From Anaerolinea sp. (GTDB taxonomy: Bacteria > Chloroflexota > Anaerolineae > Anaerolineales > Anaerolineaceae): a stretch of DNA of 64,000 nucleotides. The stretch spans positions 9,243 through 73,242 of the forward strand of contig PNON01000005.1 of the NCBI GenBank assembly GCA_013824865.1. Reading direction: 5' to 3'. Both the position numbers and the translations under genes were made by a program. The notes beneath the pieces are model-generated. The model had not been told where the DNA came from. It ran no database searches and was given only the letters and a program-made list of their open reading frames with translations. This document shows, one piece after another, positions 30,591 through 40,375 of the stretch; positions within the stretch are counted from its first letter, which is position 1; every line of letters begins with the position of its first letter.

Positions 30591-30635
30591 GCCGGTGCAC
30601 CCCGGCGTTCTATCATAAATAGGAAGATAGAACAT

Positions 30636-31073
30636 ATGTTCCTTGGACAGTATGCGCACAGCTTTGATGAAAAAGGAAGACTGACTATCCCGGTAAAGTA
30701 CCGTGACTTACTAATCGGCAGCGCTTACCTTACCCAGGGTTTTGATCGCAATCTCATGGTATGGACATCGGCTTCTTTTAAGGTGGTCTACGACCAGATC
30801 AACGATCTCAGTATCACTGACCCCGATGCCCGCCTGCTCAAGCGGCTTATCTTTTCCAATGCTGTCCAGGTGGAACTTGACAAGCTGGGTAGAATCCTGG
30901 TGCCGCAATACCTGCGCGACATGGTTGACCTGCAAAGCAGCGCGTTGGTTGTTGGTAACGGTGACTACTTTGAAATCTGGGCTGACCAGAACTGGCAAAA
31001 TCAACAAAATCAGATGCAAGATAGCGACTCGATAGCCAATCGGTTTACAGGCTTATCACTAAGGACAAAATGA
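30636..31073 (+). CDS. mraZ: transcriptional regulator MraZ
   Basis: 145 aa. It begins MFLGQYAHSFDEKGRLTIPVKYR, and a second SpoVT-AbrB repeat is present (LDKLGRILVPQYLR). Confidence 0.93.
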   Translation: MFLGQYAHSFDEKGRLTIPVKYRDLLIGSAYLTQGFDRNLMVWTSASFKVVYDQINDLSITDPDARLLKRLIFSNAVQVELDKLGRILVPQYLRDMVDLQSSALVVGNGDYFEIWADQNWQNQQNQMQDSDSIANRFTGLSLRTK

Positions 31074-32026
31074 GCATGGATCAGGTGCTTGGAACAACCC
31101 CCGCTCCGCACCTGCCGGTACTTTACCATGAAGTCTTAAAGACCCTCAATCCGGTTCATAGTCGCCATTATGTGGATGGCACCCTTGGCGCGGGCGGACA
31201 CGCCCGTGGTCTGTTAGAATACAGCGCTCCAGATGGACAGCTCTTGGGAATGGACCTCGACCCAGCAGCCCTCAAACTGGCAAGCGCGAATCTTACCCAG
31301 TTTTCAGAACGCTGCCACCTGGTTCAGGCATCCTACACCGAAATGCAGCGAGAGGTGAGATTATTGGGATGGAAATCGGTCAATGGCATCCTGCTCGATC
31401 TTGGAATTTCATCCATGCAGGTGGATAATCCCGCAAGAGGTTTCTCTTTCCGTTCCGATGCTCCCCTGGATATGCGCTTTAATCCGGAGGTGGGCGTCAC
31501 AGCCGCGGACCTGGTCAACCAGTCCACAGAAGAAGAGCTTTTGCAAATCCTATGGGAGTATGGTGAAGAACAGCAGGCCAGGCGGATCGTACGCAGCATT
31601 CTAATAGCCAGGCCACTCCACACCACCGGTCAACTTGCCAGCCTGATCGAGGACGCTGTTGGTAAAAGCAGGCGCGGAATCCACCCCGCCACCCGCACAT
31701 TCCAAGCCCTCAGGATAGTGGTGAATAATGAGTTGGAGAATATCAAAGTAGTGCTTCCAGATGCCATCCAATTGCTGTCCCCTGGAGGTCGGCTGGCAGT
31801 CATTACTTTTCACTCTCTTGAAGACCGGATAGTAAAACATTACTTTCAGAGAGAAAGCAAAGATTGCCTGTGTCCACCTGGAGTACCAGTCTGTCAATGT
31901 GGACACCAGGCATCGTTGAAAATCATCAAACCAGCGTTCATCCAGGCAGGTGAGCTGGAAATTAAAAGCAACCCACGATCACGAAGCGCCAGGCTCCGGG
32001 TTGCTGAGAAATTAGTTCTGGCATGA
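31070..32026 (+). CDS. rsmH: 16S rRNA (cytosine1402-N4)-methyltransferase RsmH
   Basis: 318 aa with HLPVLYHEVL, DGTLGAGGHA, DLGISSMQVD and the FHSLEDRIVK signature. Confidence 0.93.
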   Translation: MSMDQVLGTTPAPHLPVLYHEVLKTLNPVHSRHYVDGTLGAGGHARGLLEYSAPDGQLLGMDLDPAALKLASANLTQFSERCHLVQASYTEMQREVRLLGWKSVNGILLDLGISSMQVDNPARGFSFRSDAPLDMRFNPEVGVTAADLVNQSTEEELLQILWEYGEEQQARRIVRSILIARPLHTTGQLASLIEDAVGKSRRGIHPATRTFQALRIVVNNELENIKVVLPDAIQLLSPGGRLAVITFHSLEDRIVKHYFQRESKDCLCPPGVPVCQCGHQASLKIIKPAFIQAGELEIKSNPRSRSARLRVAEKLVLA

Positions 32027-32029
32027 CTT

Positions 32030-32509
32030 ATGCAAGGTAAACCGGTTACGAATATGAAAAAAGGATGGTCTCAGGCTTATAAAATCGTTCCATGGCGCGG
32101 CCAGTTACAATGGCTGGGTATCATGACGGTCGCCTTGGTTGCGGTATCGCTCGTGGCTTGGGTTTACCTGAGCGTCTCGTCCAAAGCCAGCATCGCCGGT
32201 CGCGAATTGCAGTTCTATCAGAATAAAAAATCCAACGCAATTGAATCTATTGCCCAGCTTGAAACTGATCTCGCACTGGTAACATCTTCCACCGAAATGA
32301 GCCTGCGCGCGAAGAAACTGGGTTTCAAACAAGTCGGGCCAAGTAGATTTACTTATATGGTAATTCCCGGTTACGGCGGTAAACCTGCTGCGGAATTAGC
32401 CCCGTATACATTAACAAGGACTCAAAATGAAGTGATCACACCTGGTTTCACCCAGTCTATTTGGGACTGGATGTACGGCAGTTTCGTTCAACCCGCGTCT
32501 GAATATTAA
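32030..32509 (+). CDS. FtsL-like bitopic cell-division protein (by position and topology)
   Basis: 159 aa, with a single TM helix (LGIMTVALVAVSLVAWVYL) followed by a coiled-coil-like segment. It occupies the ftsL slot between rsmH and ftsI. Confidence 0.55.
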   Translation: MQGKPVTNMKKGWSQAYKIVPWRGQLQWLGIMTVALVAVSLVAWVYLSVSSKASIAGRELQFYQNKKSNAIESIAQLETDLALVTSSTEMSLRAKKLGFKQVGPSRFTYMVIPGYGGKPAAELAPYTLTRTQNEVITPGFTQSIWDWMYGSFVQPASEY

Positions 32510-32518
32510 AGGTTTGAA

Positions 32519-34327
32519 ATGAAAGTACCTCATTATCAACGCTACCTGATCATTGGCATCTTGCTATCCCTTATAGGGGTAATGGTCTTTGCGCAAATGG
32601 TACATATTCAGACCAGTGTACACGCCAAAGCTGTTACGGAATATGGGGAAACCTGGGCCTATGTACCTCAAACTATTTTCCCGGAGCGCGGGAAGATCTA
32701 TGATCGCCAGGGCAGTTTGCTGGTTGGGAATCAACTGCTCTACGAGATTGGCGTCAACCTGGTGGATGTGACCGACCCAGAAACAATTGCCCGGGCGCTT
32801 GAATCAATCCTCGGATTGGATTACAGCACAACCCTGGAACAAGTCAGCATCATTTCCTCAGCTTCTTCTTCATATATTATCCTGACTGATTTTGTATCAA
32901 GTTCCAAAGCAGGTGAAATCAAACAATTGATGGAAACCTACGGTCGCATGGCTAAAGATCCAAAATATGCCAATCAGCTCCCCCCTAGTTTAGATGGCAT
33001 CATCCTGACTGCTCATTTGCAGCGCAGCTACCCCGAAGGCTCCCTGGCTTCCAACATCCTGGGTTTTTACACTCTTAAGACCAGCGATATCAGTAAAACT
33101 GCTGATCGACACGAAATCAGAGTCGGATATGGTTTTTATGGGGTGGAGCAGAACTACAATGATTTGCTCGCCGGCACACCAATGGATGTACGCATTCCTC
33201 TCGACCCCAATCACGTAGATGAGATTCCCGACCTTCCTCCGGGCAGTGATCTGATCTTGACCATTGATCGCGAGGTTCAATCCAGCATGGAAAGGGTGAT
33301 TGATAAACACGTTAAAAGCTCAGGAGCAGAGTCTGGAACTCTGATCGTTTTAGACCCAAAAACCGGTGAAGTCTTAGCCATGGCCACCTCTCCACGCCTG
33401 GATCCTAACAGGTACTGGGAGATAGAGAACTTGTTTAAAAACCGTGTTTTCTATAACCGGGCAGTCTCCACAACCTACGAACCTGGTTCAGTTTTCAAAG
33501 TCATCACCATGGCCAGCGCAATGGATGCGGGAGTCATTACACCTGAAACTCCATTCCTAGATACGGGAGCCTTTGAAATAGGTGGTTATGTCATTCGTAA
33601 CTGGGATGGCAATGCCTGGGGTGAGCAAAACATGATTGGTTGCATGCAGCACTCGCTGAATGTGTGTCTCTCCTGGGTTGCCAAACAGCTTGGCCCTAAA
33701 TCTTTTTACGAATACTTGAACCGATTTGGTATCGGCCATGTGACCGGTATTGACCTTGCAAATGAGGCAACATATCCATTGCGTACCCCGGATGATGGAG
33801 TCTGGTACGATGTTGACCTGGCTACCCACTCATTTGGGCAGGGTCTGGCAGTCACTCCCATCCAGTTGGCTTCGGCCATCAGTGCCATTGCCAATGATGG
33901 GACGATAATGGCTCCCCACATCTTGAAATCCATGGTGAGCAATGGCCGGCAATATAACACTACTCCTCAAGTGCTGGCCAACCCAATCAAACCTGAGACT
34001 GCACGGACCTTGACGGATATGCTAGCCACATCCCTGGAAGAAGAATCCTCGGATGCACTGGTGGAAGGTTATCGTGTTGCCGGGAAAACAGGTACTGCTG
34101 AGATTCCAACGGAATATGGTTATTCCCTGGGGGTTACGAATGCTTCATTCGTTGGCTGGGGACCGGTGGATGACCCCAGGTTCCTAGTTTATGTCTGGCT
34201 TGAAAAACCAAAATCATCCATTTGGGGATCGATCGTGGCTTCCCCGGTATTTCGGGACGCCGTCCAGGAGCTAGTTGTGTTAATGAATATTCCTCCGGAC
34301 AATCTCCGGGCGAAATTGGAGCAATAG
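32519..34327 (+). CDS. ftsI: class B penicillin-binding protein (FtsI/PBP2-type transpeptidase)
   Basis: 602 aa with an N-terminal TM anchor, a dimerisation domain, and the transpeptidase motifs SVFK (SxxK), HSLN (SxN) and KTGTA (KTG). Confidence 0.9.
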   Translation: MKVPHYQRYLIIGILLSLIGVMVFAQMVHIQTSVHAKAVTEYGETWAYVPQTIFPERGKIYDRQGSLLVGNQLLYEIGVNLVDVTDPETIARALESILGLDYSTTLEQVSIISSASSSYIILTDFVSSSKAGEIKQLMETYGRMAKDPKYANQLPPSLDGIILTAHLQRSYPEGSLASNILGFYTLKTSDISKTADRHEIRVGYGFYGVEQNYNDLLAGTPMDVRIPLDPNHVDEIPDLPPGSDLILTIDREVQSSMERVIDKHVKSSGAESGTLIVLDPKTGEVLAMATSPRLDPNRYWEIENLFKNRVFYNRAVSTTYEPGSVFKVITMASAMDAGVITPETPFLDTGAFEIGGYVIRNWDGNAWGEQNMIGCMQHSLNVCLSWVAKQLGPKSFYEYLNRFGIGHVTGIDLANEATYPLRTPDDGVWYDVDLATHSFGQGLAVTPIQLASAISAIANDGTIMAPHILKSMVSNGRQYNTTPQVLANPIKPETARTLTDMLATSLEEESSDALVEGYRVAGKTGTAEIPTEYGYSLGVTNASFVGWGPVDDPRFLVYVWLEKPKSSIWGSIVASPVFRDAVQELVVLMNIPPDNLRAKLEQ

Positions 34328-34335
34328 GAGATATT

Positions 34336-35760
34336 GTGTTAAATTTGGCGGATGTTTTTGAAGCATTAACCGGTTACCGACCTGAGGGAGTGGATCTCGT
34401 CCTCCCTGAGGCCTGTATCGATTCCCGCCAGTGCATCGAAGGATCCATGTTCGTCGCCATCCCCGGCGAGCGGGTGGATGGGCATAACTATGTCGGCGAT
34501 GCCTTCCATAAAGGTGCGAGCATCGCTCTGGTGCAAAAAGATCTCTCATCCCTTTTTCCAACAGTAAAGCTAGATACACCCTCTGGAATTACTAATGAAG
34601 TTCTTCCCAGGATTCCTTTCTGCATCCAGGTGGAAAACACAGTGTCAGCATTGCAGCAAATCGCTCGATTCTGGAGGTCGAAACTTGACCTACGCATAGT
34701 TGGTATAACTGGCAGTGTAGGTAAATCCACAACCAAGGAATTGGTGGGGGATGTGTTGAACTACAAGTACCGAACTTTGAAGAATCCAGGGAATCTGAAC
34801 AATGAGATCGGATTGCCTCTTACCATCCTCAGGCTTGGCGAAGGCCATCAGCGAGCTGTATTAGAAATGGGCTTCTACGTTCCTGGCGAGATCGCATTAC
34901 TCTGCCAGATTGCTCAACCTCAGGTTGGAGTGGTTACGAATATCGGTACGGTTCATGCTGAACGTGCTGGTTCACAGGATGAGATCGCGCGGGGTAAATC
35001 CGAATTGATAGCTGCTCTCCCTCCAGCTCCAATAGGAGTGGCTGTCCTTAATTATGATGATCCACGTGTCCGCGCCATGGCCAGCCTGACAAATGCAAAA
35101 ATCATTTTCTATGGCCTGGATCCCGCCGCAGAACTGTGGGCTGATGGTGTGTTAGGCGAAGGATTGGATGGCATTCGCTTCAACCTGCATTATGCTGATG
35201 AAGTCTACCCGCTGCGGGTTCCGCTCATTGGCCAGCATTCCGTCCACACAGCGTTACGTGCTGCAGCTGTTGGTCTCGCTGAAGGGATGACCATGGACGA
35301 GATCATCATCGCTTTGCGTCGCAGCCATACCCAGCTAAGATTGGTGGCCGTTTACACCGAAAGCGGGGCACTCTTGTTGGATGATACCTATAATGCCTCT
35401 CCAGAATCCACCCTGGCAGCTTTGAACTTGCTTGAAGAGTTGGATGGGCGCAAAGTTGCTGTTTTGGGAGATATGCTTGAGCTTGGACAATATGAAATTG
35501 AAGGTCACGAGCTGGTGGGTGCCCGTGCAGCAGAAATCGTATCTGACCTAGTGACCATTGGTCCCCGGGGAAAGATCATTGCCCGTGCGGCTCAGGAATC
35601 AGAAATTGGTACTTGCTGCGTCCACTCTTTCGATACAGCTCTTGATTCCATCGATTACTTGCGCTCTTCACTGAAAAATGGAGATGTTGTTTTGGTCAAA
35701 GGATCACACGGGATGCGCATGGACCGCATTGTTTACGCCCTGGAGAAAGAGCATGAATGA
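34336..35760 (+). CDS. murF: UDP-N-acetylmuramoyl-tripeptide--D-alanyl-D-alanine ligase
   Basis: The start is placed at GTG 34336 (AGGAG at 34326-34330), just after the ftsI stop. It has the P-loop GITGSVGKSTT and the MurF signature NPGNLNNEIGLPLT. The longer ORF-track start (34222) overlaps ftsI. Confidence 0.9.
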   Translation: MLNLADVFEALTGYRPEGVDLVLPEACIDSRQCIEGSMFVAIPGERVDGHNYVGDAFHKGASIALVQKDLSSLFPTVKLDTPSGITNEVLPRIPFCIQVENTVSALQQIARFWRSKLDLRIVGITGSVGKSTTKELVGDVLNYKYRTLKNPGNLNNEIGLPLTILRLGEGHQRAVLEMGFYVPGEIALLCQIAQPQVGVVTNIGTVHAERAGSQDEIARGKSELIAALPPAPIGVAVLNYDDPRVRAMASLTNAKIIFYGLDPAAELWADGVLGEGLDGIRFNLHYADEVYPLRVPLIGQHSVHTALRAAAVGLAEGMTMDEIIIALRRSHTQLRLVAVYTESGALLLDDTYNASPESTLAALNLLEELDGRKVAVLGDMLELGQYEIEGHELVGARAAEIVSDLVTIGPRGKIIARAAQESEIGTCCVHSFDTALDSIDYLRSSLKNGDVVLVKGSHGMRMDRIVYALEKEHE

Positions 35761-36745
35761 GACTCCGATTGCCCTGACGCTGAGCGCTTTCACTTTCATC
35801 CTGGCAGTAATCTGGGGCGGCCCCTTATTGCGCATCCTGCGTTTCTTCAAAATTGGTAAGTTAATCCGTGTTGAGGAACCCAATACACATTCCACAAAGA
35901 TGGGTACACCCACAATGGGCGGTGTGCTTATCATCATCCCGGTCGTTTTTGTCACCATCTTGCTCAACGCTGCCTCACTCACCGGTTTGAATATTTACGG
36001 CCGCTCCATCATCCTGCCAGCGGTTGTCATGGTTGCTTTTGCCCTGTTGGGTGCCTGTGATGATTGGGAAGGTATCCGCGGCGCAAGGCGTGGCAGCGGC
36101 ATGCGTATGCGTACAAAATTCTTGTTGCAGACTATATTGGCGCTGGCTGCAGCCTTGTCACTTCAATACTTACTGAATGCCCCTCACCTACAATGGCCAG
36201 CCGCCAAGCATCCACTAGATCTGGGCATCTGGTATATCCCGGTGGCGGCTTTCATCATCGTCGCGATGTCTAATGCGGTCAATTTTACAGATGGCCTGGA
36301 TGGTCTTGCTGGGCTGATTTCCGCCACTTGTTTTGCCGCCTATGGAGTGATATCCATCATGTCCGGACAGGTCTACCTTGCCCGATTCTGCTTCACTATG
36401 GTGGGCGCGATATTCGGTTTTCTCTGGTTCAATGTCCATCCGGCGCAACTCTTTATGGGCGATACCGGGTCATTGGCTATCGGCGCAACCCTCGCCTATG
36501 TTGCGCTGATGACCGGCCAGTGGCTTGCTCTTCCACTGGTAGCTATCATTCCTGTCAGTGAAGCAGTGAGTGATGTGCTTCAAATCCTATACTTCAAGAT
36601 GACCGGTGGCAAACGGCTTTTCAAAATGGCTCCATTGCATCTGCACTTTGAGTTGCTTGGGTGGAGCGAAACCCAGATCGTCCAGCGCTTCTGGCTGGTG
36701 AGTCTAATGGGTGCCATGATCGGCATTGCTTTTTCGATAGTGTGA
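35753..36745 (+). CDS. mraY: phospho-N-acetylmuramoyl-pentapeptide transferase
   Basis: The start ATG 35753 overlaps the murF stop (ATGAATGA). The protein is polytopic with KxGTPTMGG, NAVNFTDGLDGLA and MGDTGSLAIG motifs. Confidence 0.93.
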   Translation: MNETPIALTLSAFTFILAVIWGGPLLRILRFFKIGKLIRVEEPNTHSTKMGTPTMGGVLIIIPVVFVTILLNAASLTGLNIYGRSIILPAVVMVAFALLGACDDWEGIRGARRGSGMRMRTKFLLQTILALAAALSLQYLLNAPHLQWPAAKHPLDLGIWYIPVAAFIIVAMSNAVNFTDGLDGLAGLISATCFAAYGVISIMSGQVYLARFCFTMVGAIFGFLWFNVHPAQLFMGDTGSLAIGATLAYVALMTGQWLALPLVAIIPVSEAVSDVLQILYFKMTGGKRLFKMAPLHLHFELLGWSETQIVQRFWLVSLMGAMIGIAFSIV

Positions 36746-38130
36746 TGATGATGGATTGGAAAGGGAAACGCGTATTAATTATCGGAGCTGCCCGTCAGGG
36801 TCAGGCTCTTGCGCGTTTTCTGGCTGGTCACGGCGCTACTGTCACCCTAAATGATAAACAAACCGATGAACAACTCGCCCGGGTTAAATCCTCACTCCAA
36901 GATGTGGATATTCATTGGATCAGCGGTGGCCATCCGGTAAGCGCGTTACAAAACATAGACCTGGTCTGTCTTTCAGGCGGGGTTCCATTGACCAATCCGC
37001 TGGTCGTCGAAGCCAACAAACTGGGGATTGCTATCTCCAATGACACCCAAATATTCATGGAGCATGTCCCGGCTCAAGTGATTGGCATCACGGGGTCTGC
37101 TGGTAAAACCACCACAACCACCCTGGTTGGCCGGATGGCGAAGGAAGCAGTCACAGGGAAGGTTAATGCGTGGATCGGTGGAAATATTGGCAACCCGTTG
37201 ATTGCGGATGTTGATCGGATGAAGAAAGACGACCTGGTGATCATGGAGGTATCCAGTTTCCAGCTTGAACAGATGACCATTTCTCCTGCCATAGGCGCTG
37301 TGCTCAATATCACCCCAAACCACCTGGATCGGCATGGAACCATGGAAGCGTATACCGCCCTAAAAGCTCGTTTGCTGGCCTTTCAAACCCCTGAAGATAT
37401 AGCCATCCTTAACCGGGATGATGCCGGCTCTTCCGGACTTGCCCCTTCATGCAAAGGCCGCATATATACATTCGGTATGGAACAGGATGGATCGACAAAC
37501 CCGCAAACTTTTGTAAGCAATCACCGAATTTATTTTGCAGAGCATGGGCATGCTATCCAACTTCTGGATGTAGCTGATATCCAGTTGCGCGGCGAACACA
37601 ACCTGATGAATGTCCTGGCTGCCTGCGCCATAGCGTGCGCTGCCGGTTTTGATACGCGAGCTATCCAGTGTGGCATCCAGGATTTCACCGGCGTTCCTCA
37701 CCGTATGCAATTCATCCGTGATTATCATGGCGCCAAGTGGTACAACGATTCGATCGCCACCACCCCTGAAAGATCCATGGCCGCCATTCGCTCCTTCTCA
37801 GAACCCATCGTTCTGCTGGCTGGCGGAAGGGATAAGGATTTACTCTGGGTGGATTTCGCGCGGCTTGTACACCAAAGAGTGTTCCACCTGGTCTTATTTG
37901 GAGAAGCGGCAGGAAAGATTAAGACTGCCATCGACAAGGTAAACATTGGTTCCAATGTAGTAACCATAGACATGTGTGGTTCCCTGCAGGAAGCAGTCGG
38001 AATCGCAGCCAACTATGCCCGTTCCGGCTATGTGGTCCTTCTTTCACCCGGCGGCACAAGTTTTGATGAATTTCTAGATTTTGAAAAACGTGGAGAGGCG
38101 TTCTCGCAATGGGTACAGGAACTTTCGTAA
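36745..38130 (+). CDS. murD: UDP-N-acetylmuramoylalanine--D-glutamate ligase
   Basis: The start is at the ATG run 36745-36753, overlapping the mraY stop. It has an N-terminal Rossmann motif VLIIGAARQG and P-loop GITGSAGKTTT. Confidence 0.9.
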   Translation: MMMDWKGKRVLIIGAARQGQALARFLAGHGATVTLNDKQTDEQLARVKSSLQDVDIHWISGGHPVSALQNIDLVCLSGGVPLTNPLVVEANKLGIAISNDTQIFMEHVPAQVIGITGSAGKTTTTTLVGRMAKEAVTGKVNAWIGGNIGNPLIADVDRMKKDDLVIMEVSSFQLEQMTISPAIGAVLNITPNHLDRHGTMEAYTALKARLLAFQTPEDIAILNRDDAGSSGLAPSCKGRIYTFGMEQDGSTNPQTFVSNHRIYFAEHGHAIQLLDVADIQLRGEHNLMNVLAACAIACAAGFDTRAIQCGIQDFTGVPHRMQFIRDYHGAKWYNDSIATTPERSMAAIRSFSEPIVLLAGGRDKDLLWVDFARLVHQRVFHLVLFGEAAGKIKTAIDKVNIGSNVVTIDMCGSLQEAVGIAANYARSGYVVLLSPGGTSFDEFLDFEKRGEAFSQWVQELS

Positions 38131-39362
38131 GATCCACCACTCCCAGGCAGGCAGCCGGTGCAAGGATAGCGTTCAGGCCGCATATTGATGTGCCGCTGCT
38201 GCTGATTGTCCTCTCCTTGCTTGCTTATGGACTATTAATGCTCTATTCAGCTAGCTGGGATTTTGCAGTTTTGCGTGGCATGCCATCCACATCGATTTTT
38301 TTCAAACAGCTTGGTTGGGTGGCACTTGGTGGGGCAGCCGCAACGGTAATCTCCATGATTGATTACCACCAGTATCGCCGGGTTATCCTGCTCATCATCG
38401 GCGGCACATTATTGATGCTGGTCCTGGTCTTGATCTTTGGTCGTGGTAATTCTGGGTCAGCCCGGGGTTTATTAAATGGCTCAATACAACCTTCGGAATT
38501 GGCAAAACTCACCATGGTTTTGTATCTCTCATTCTGGCTTTACTCCAAGCGGGAAAAAATCCGCACATTTAATTTTGGTTTTTACCCGGTGGTTGGGATT
38601 CTGGCAGTTTTCTTTTTCTTGATCGTAGCTCAGCCAGACTTGAGCGCTGCCGCCACCGTGGTAGTCATTGGCGGATTGCTCTTCTTCCTGGCTGGTGCAG
38701 ATTGGCGTCAGATCGTTTTGGCAGTCACAGGCATTGGCGGGATCGGCTGGCTTGGTTTGAAAGTCTATGATACCGGCGCGAACCGCTTACAAGATTATCT
38801 GGCAGGACTAAAGGACTTAACCCAGTCCTCCTACCATGTGATGCGCGCAATGGAAGCTGTGATCCATGGTGGTTGGTTTGGAGTCGGCATCGGACAATCC
38901 AATGTGAAGTTTACCGGACTGCCCTTCCCATACACAGACAGCATCTTCGCTGTCATTGTAGAAGAAACCGGTCTTCTCGGCGCTGGGTGTGTGGTCCTCC
39001 TATTTGGTTTGCTGCTCTGGCGCGGACTCAGTATCGCTCGTAATGCCCCGGATCAGCTTGGTTCATTGCTGGCCTCAGGTATCACCTTCTGGATTGTTTT
39101 GGAAGCCATGCTGAACATGGCCGTAATCATCGGATTGTTTCCTTTCGCTGGGAACGCGTTGCCATTCTTCAGTGCTGGCGGCTCGAACCTGGTGACAACC
39201 TTAATCGGGATCGGTATTCTAATGAATATCTCCCGAACCAATATGGCCAATGAGGCCAAGGATGGGAGTGTCTTCAGTGCGGTTGTTGATTTGCGCAGGT
39301 GGAACGGGCGGAGGCGTGTATCCCGCGCTCGCCGTTCTCCAATCACTGAACAGCAGGACTGA
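38109..39362 (+). CDS. ftsW: SEDS-family peptidoglycan polymerase FtsW
   Basis: 417 aa, about 10 TM helices, with SEDS motifs (QPSELAKL, TDSIFAVIVEETG, GNALPFFSAGGS). It occupies the ftsW slot of the dcw cluster. Confidence 0.9.
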   Translation: MGTGTFVRSTTPRQAAGARIAFRPHIDVPLLLIVLSLLAYGLLMLYSASWDFAVLRGMPSTSIFFKQLGWVALGGAAATVISMIDYHQYRRVILLIIGGTLLMLVLVLIFGRGNSGSARGLLNGSIQPSELAKLTMVLYLSFWLYSKREKIRTFNFGFYPVVGILAVFFFLIVAQPDLSAAATVVVIGGLLFFLAGADWRQIVLAVTGIGGIGWLGLKVYDTGANRLQDYLAGLKDLTQSSYHVMRAMEAVIHGGWFGVGIGQSNVKFTGLPFPYTDSIFAVIVEETGLLGAGCVVLLFGLLLWRGLSIARNAPDQLGSLLASGITFWIVLEAMLNMAVIIGLFPFAGNALPFFSAGGSNLVTTLIGIGILMNISRTNMANEAKDGSVFSAVVDLRRWNGRRRVSRARRSPITEQQD

Positions 39363-40374
39363 CGAAGTCCTCTGGGTGGGTGGAGCAGGTGGAATGGAGG
39401 CGGAGATGATTAAACGCGAGGGCATCGCTTTTGAAGCGATTCCTGCTGCTGGTATTCACGGCGTGGGCATTACATCCTTGCCCGGAAATATCCTGCGCCT
39501 TTTAAAGGGATATTTCTCCTCGAGATCCATCCTGAATAGGTTTAACCCTGATGTCCTGTTTTTTACGGGTGGCTATGTGGCAGTCCCGATGGCATTGGCC
39601 GGAATTTCACGTCAATCCTTGCTCTATGTGCCTGATGTTGAACCAGGACTGGCATTAAAGACAATCGCCCGTTTCTCGGATCACATTGCTGTTTCTGTGC
39701 AACCATCCTTGAGCTACTTTTCTGCTCGAAAGAAAGTTACCATCACCGGCTATCCAACCAGGCTAGATCTCATGCGTTGGGATCAAAAGAAAGCTCGCGA
39801 ATTCTTTGGTATCCAGGGAAATCCCCAGGTATTACTTATCCTCGGTGGCAGTAAAGGCGCCCGTTCTATCAACCTGGCTGTGGCAAAATATCTCTCCCAG
39901 CTTCTTACCAGCGTTGATGTGATCCACCTCTCCGGTCAACTGGATTACGATACCCTTCACCAGCACCGTGAATTGCTACCCCATGAGCTCAAGCAGCGCT
40001 ATCACCTTCTCCCATATCTGCATGAAATGGGAGCTGCCCTGGCAGCCGCGGATCTGGCAGTCTCCCGAGCTGGAGCATCCATTCTGGGTGAATATCCACT
40101 GTTTGGATTACCATCGATCCTGGCTCCGTATCCCTATGCCTGGCGCTACCAGAAAACAAATGCGGACTATCTGGTTGAGCGGGGAGCTGCTGTTGTCCTC
40201 GCAGATTCAAATTTGGATGAAGAGTTCCATTCAGTGGTCACCAGCTTGTTATCAGACCCACCCCGTCTGGCCGCGATGGGGCAGGCTGCCCGGTCACTCG
40301 CCACCCCAAATGCAGCAGGAAAAATAGCCGCCATCTTAGTATCTATGGCTGGTCAAAAGAAAGGCGGATATTAA
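39262..40374 (+). CDS. murG: undecaprenyldiphospho-muramoylpentapeptide beta-N-acetylglucosaminyltransferase
   Basis: The N-terminus RLLICAGGTGGGVYPALAV carries the MurG G-loop. The start is ambiguous: ATG 39250, ATG 39262 (GAGG upstream) or GTG 39277 (GGGAG upstream). All three overlap the ftsW 3' end by 86-113 nt. Confidence 0.88.
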   Translation: MGVSSVRLLICAGGTGGGVYPALAVLQSLNSRTDEVLWVGGAGGMEAEMIKREGIAFEAIPAAGIHGVGITSLPGNILRLLKGYFSSRSILNRFNPDVLFFTGGYVAVPMALAGISRQSLLYVPDVEPGLALKTIARFSDHIAVSVQPSLSYFSARKKVTITGYPTRLDLMRWDQKKAREFFGIQGNPQVLLILGGSKGARSINLAVAKYLSQLLTSVDVIHLSGQLDYDTLHQHRELLPHELKQRYHLLPYLHEMGAALAAADLAVSRAGASILGEYPLFGLPSILAPYPYAWRYQKTNADYLVERGAAVVLADSNLDEEFHSVVTSLLSDPPRLAAMGQAARSLATPNAAGKIAAILVSMAGQKKGGY

Positions 40375-40375
40375 T

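Noticed and set aside
34222-34335. Long N-terminal extensions in the ORF track for murF (34222), mraY (35678), murD (36661), ftsZ (46659), atpD (15522) and ruvA (18791).
   Set aside because: The extensions overlap the preceding gene, lack homology-like sequence, and are followed by internal starts with good SD spacing that give canonical N-termini. They are treated as ORF-caller artefacts, not as novel domains.
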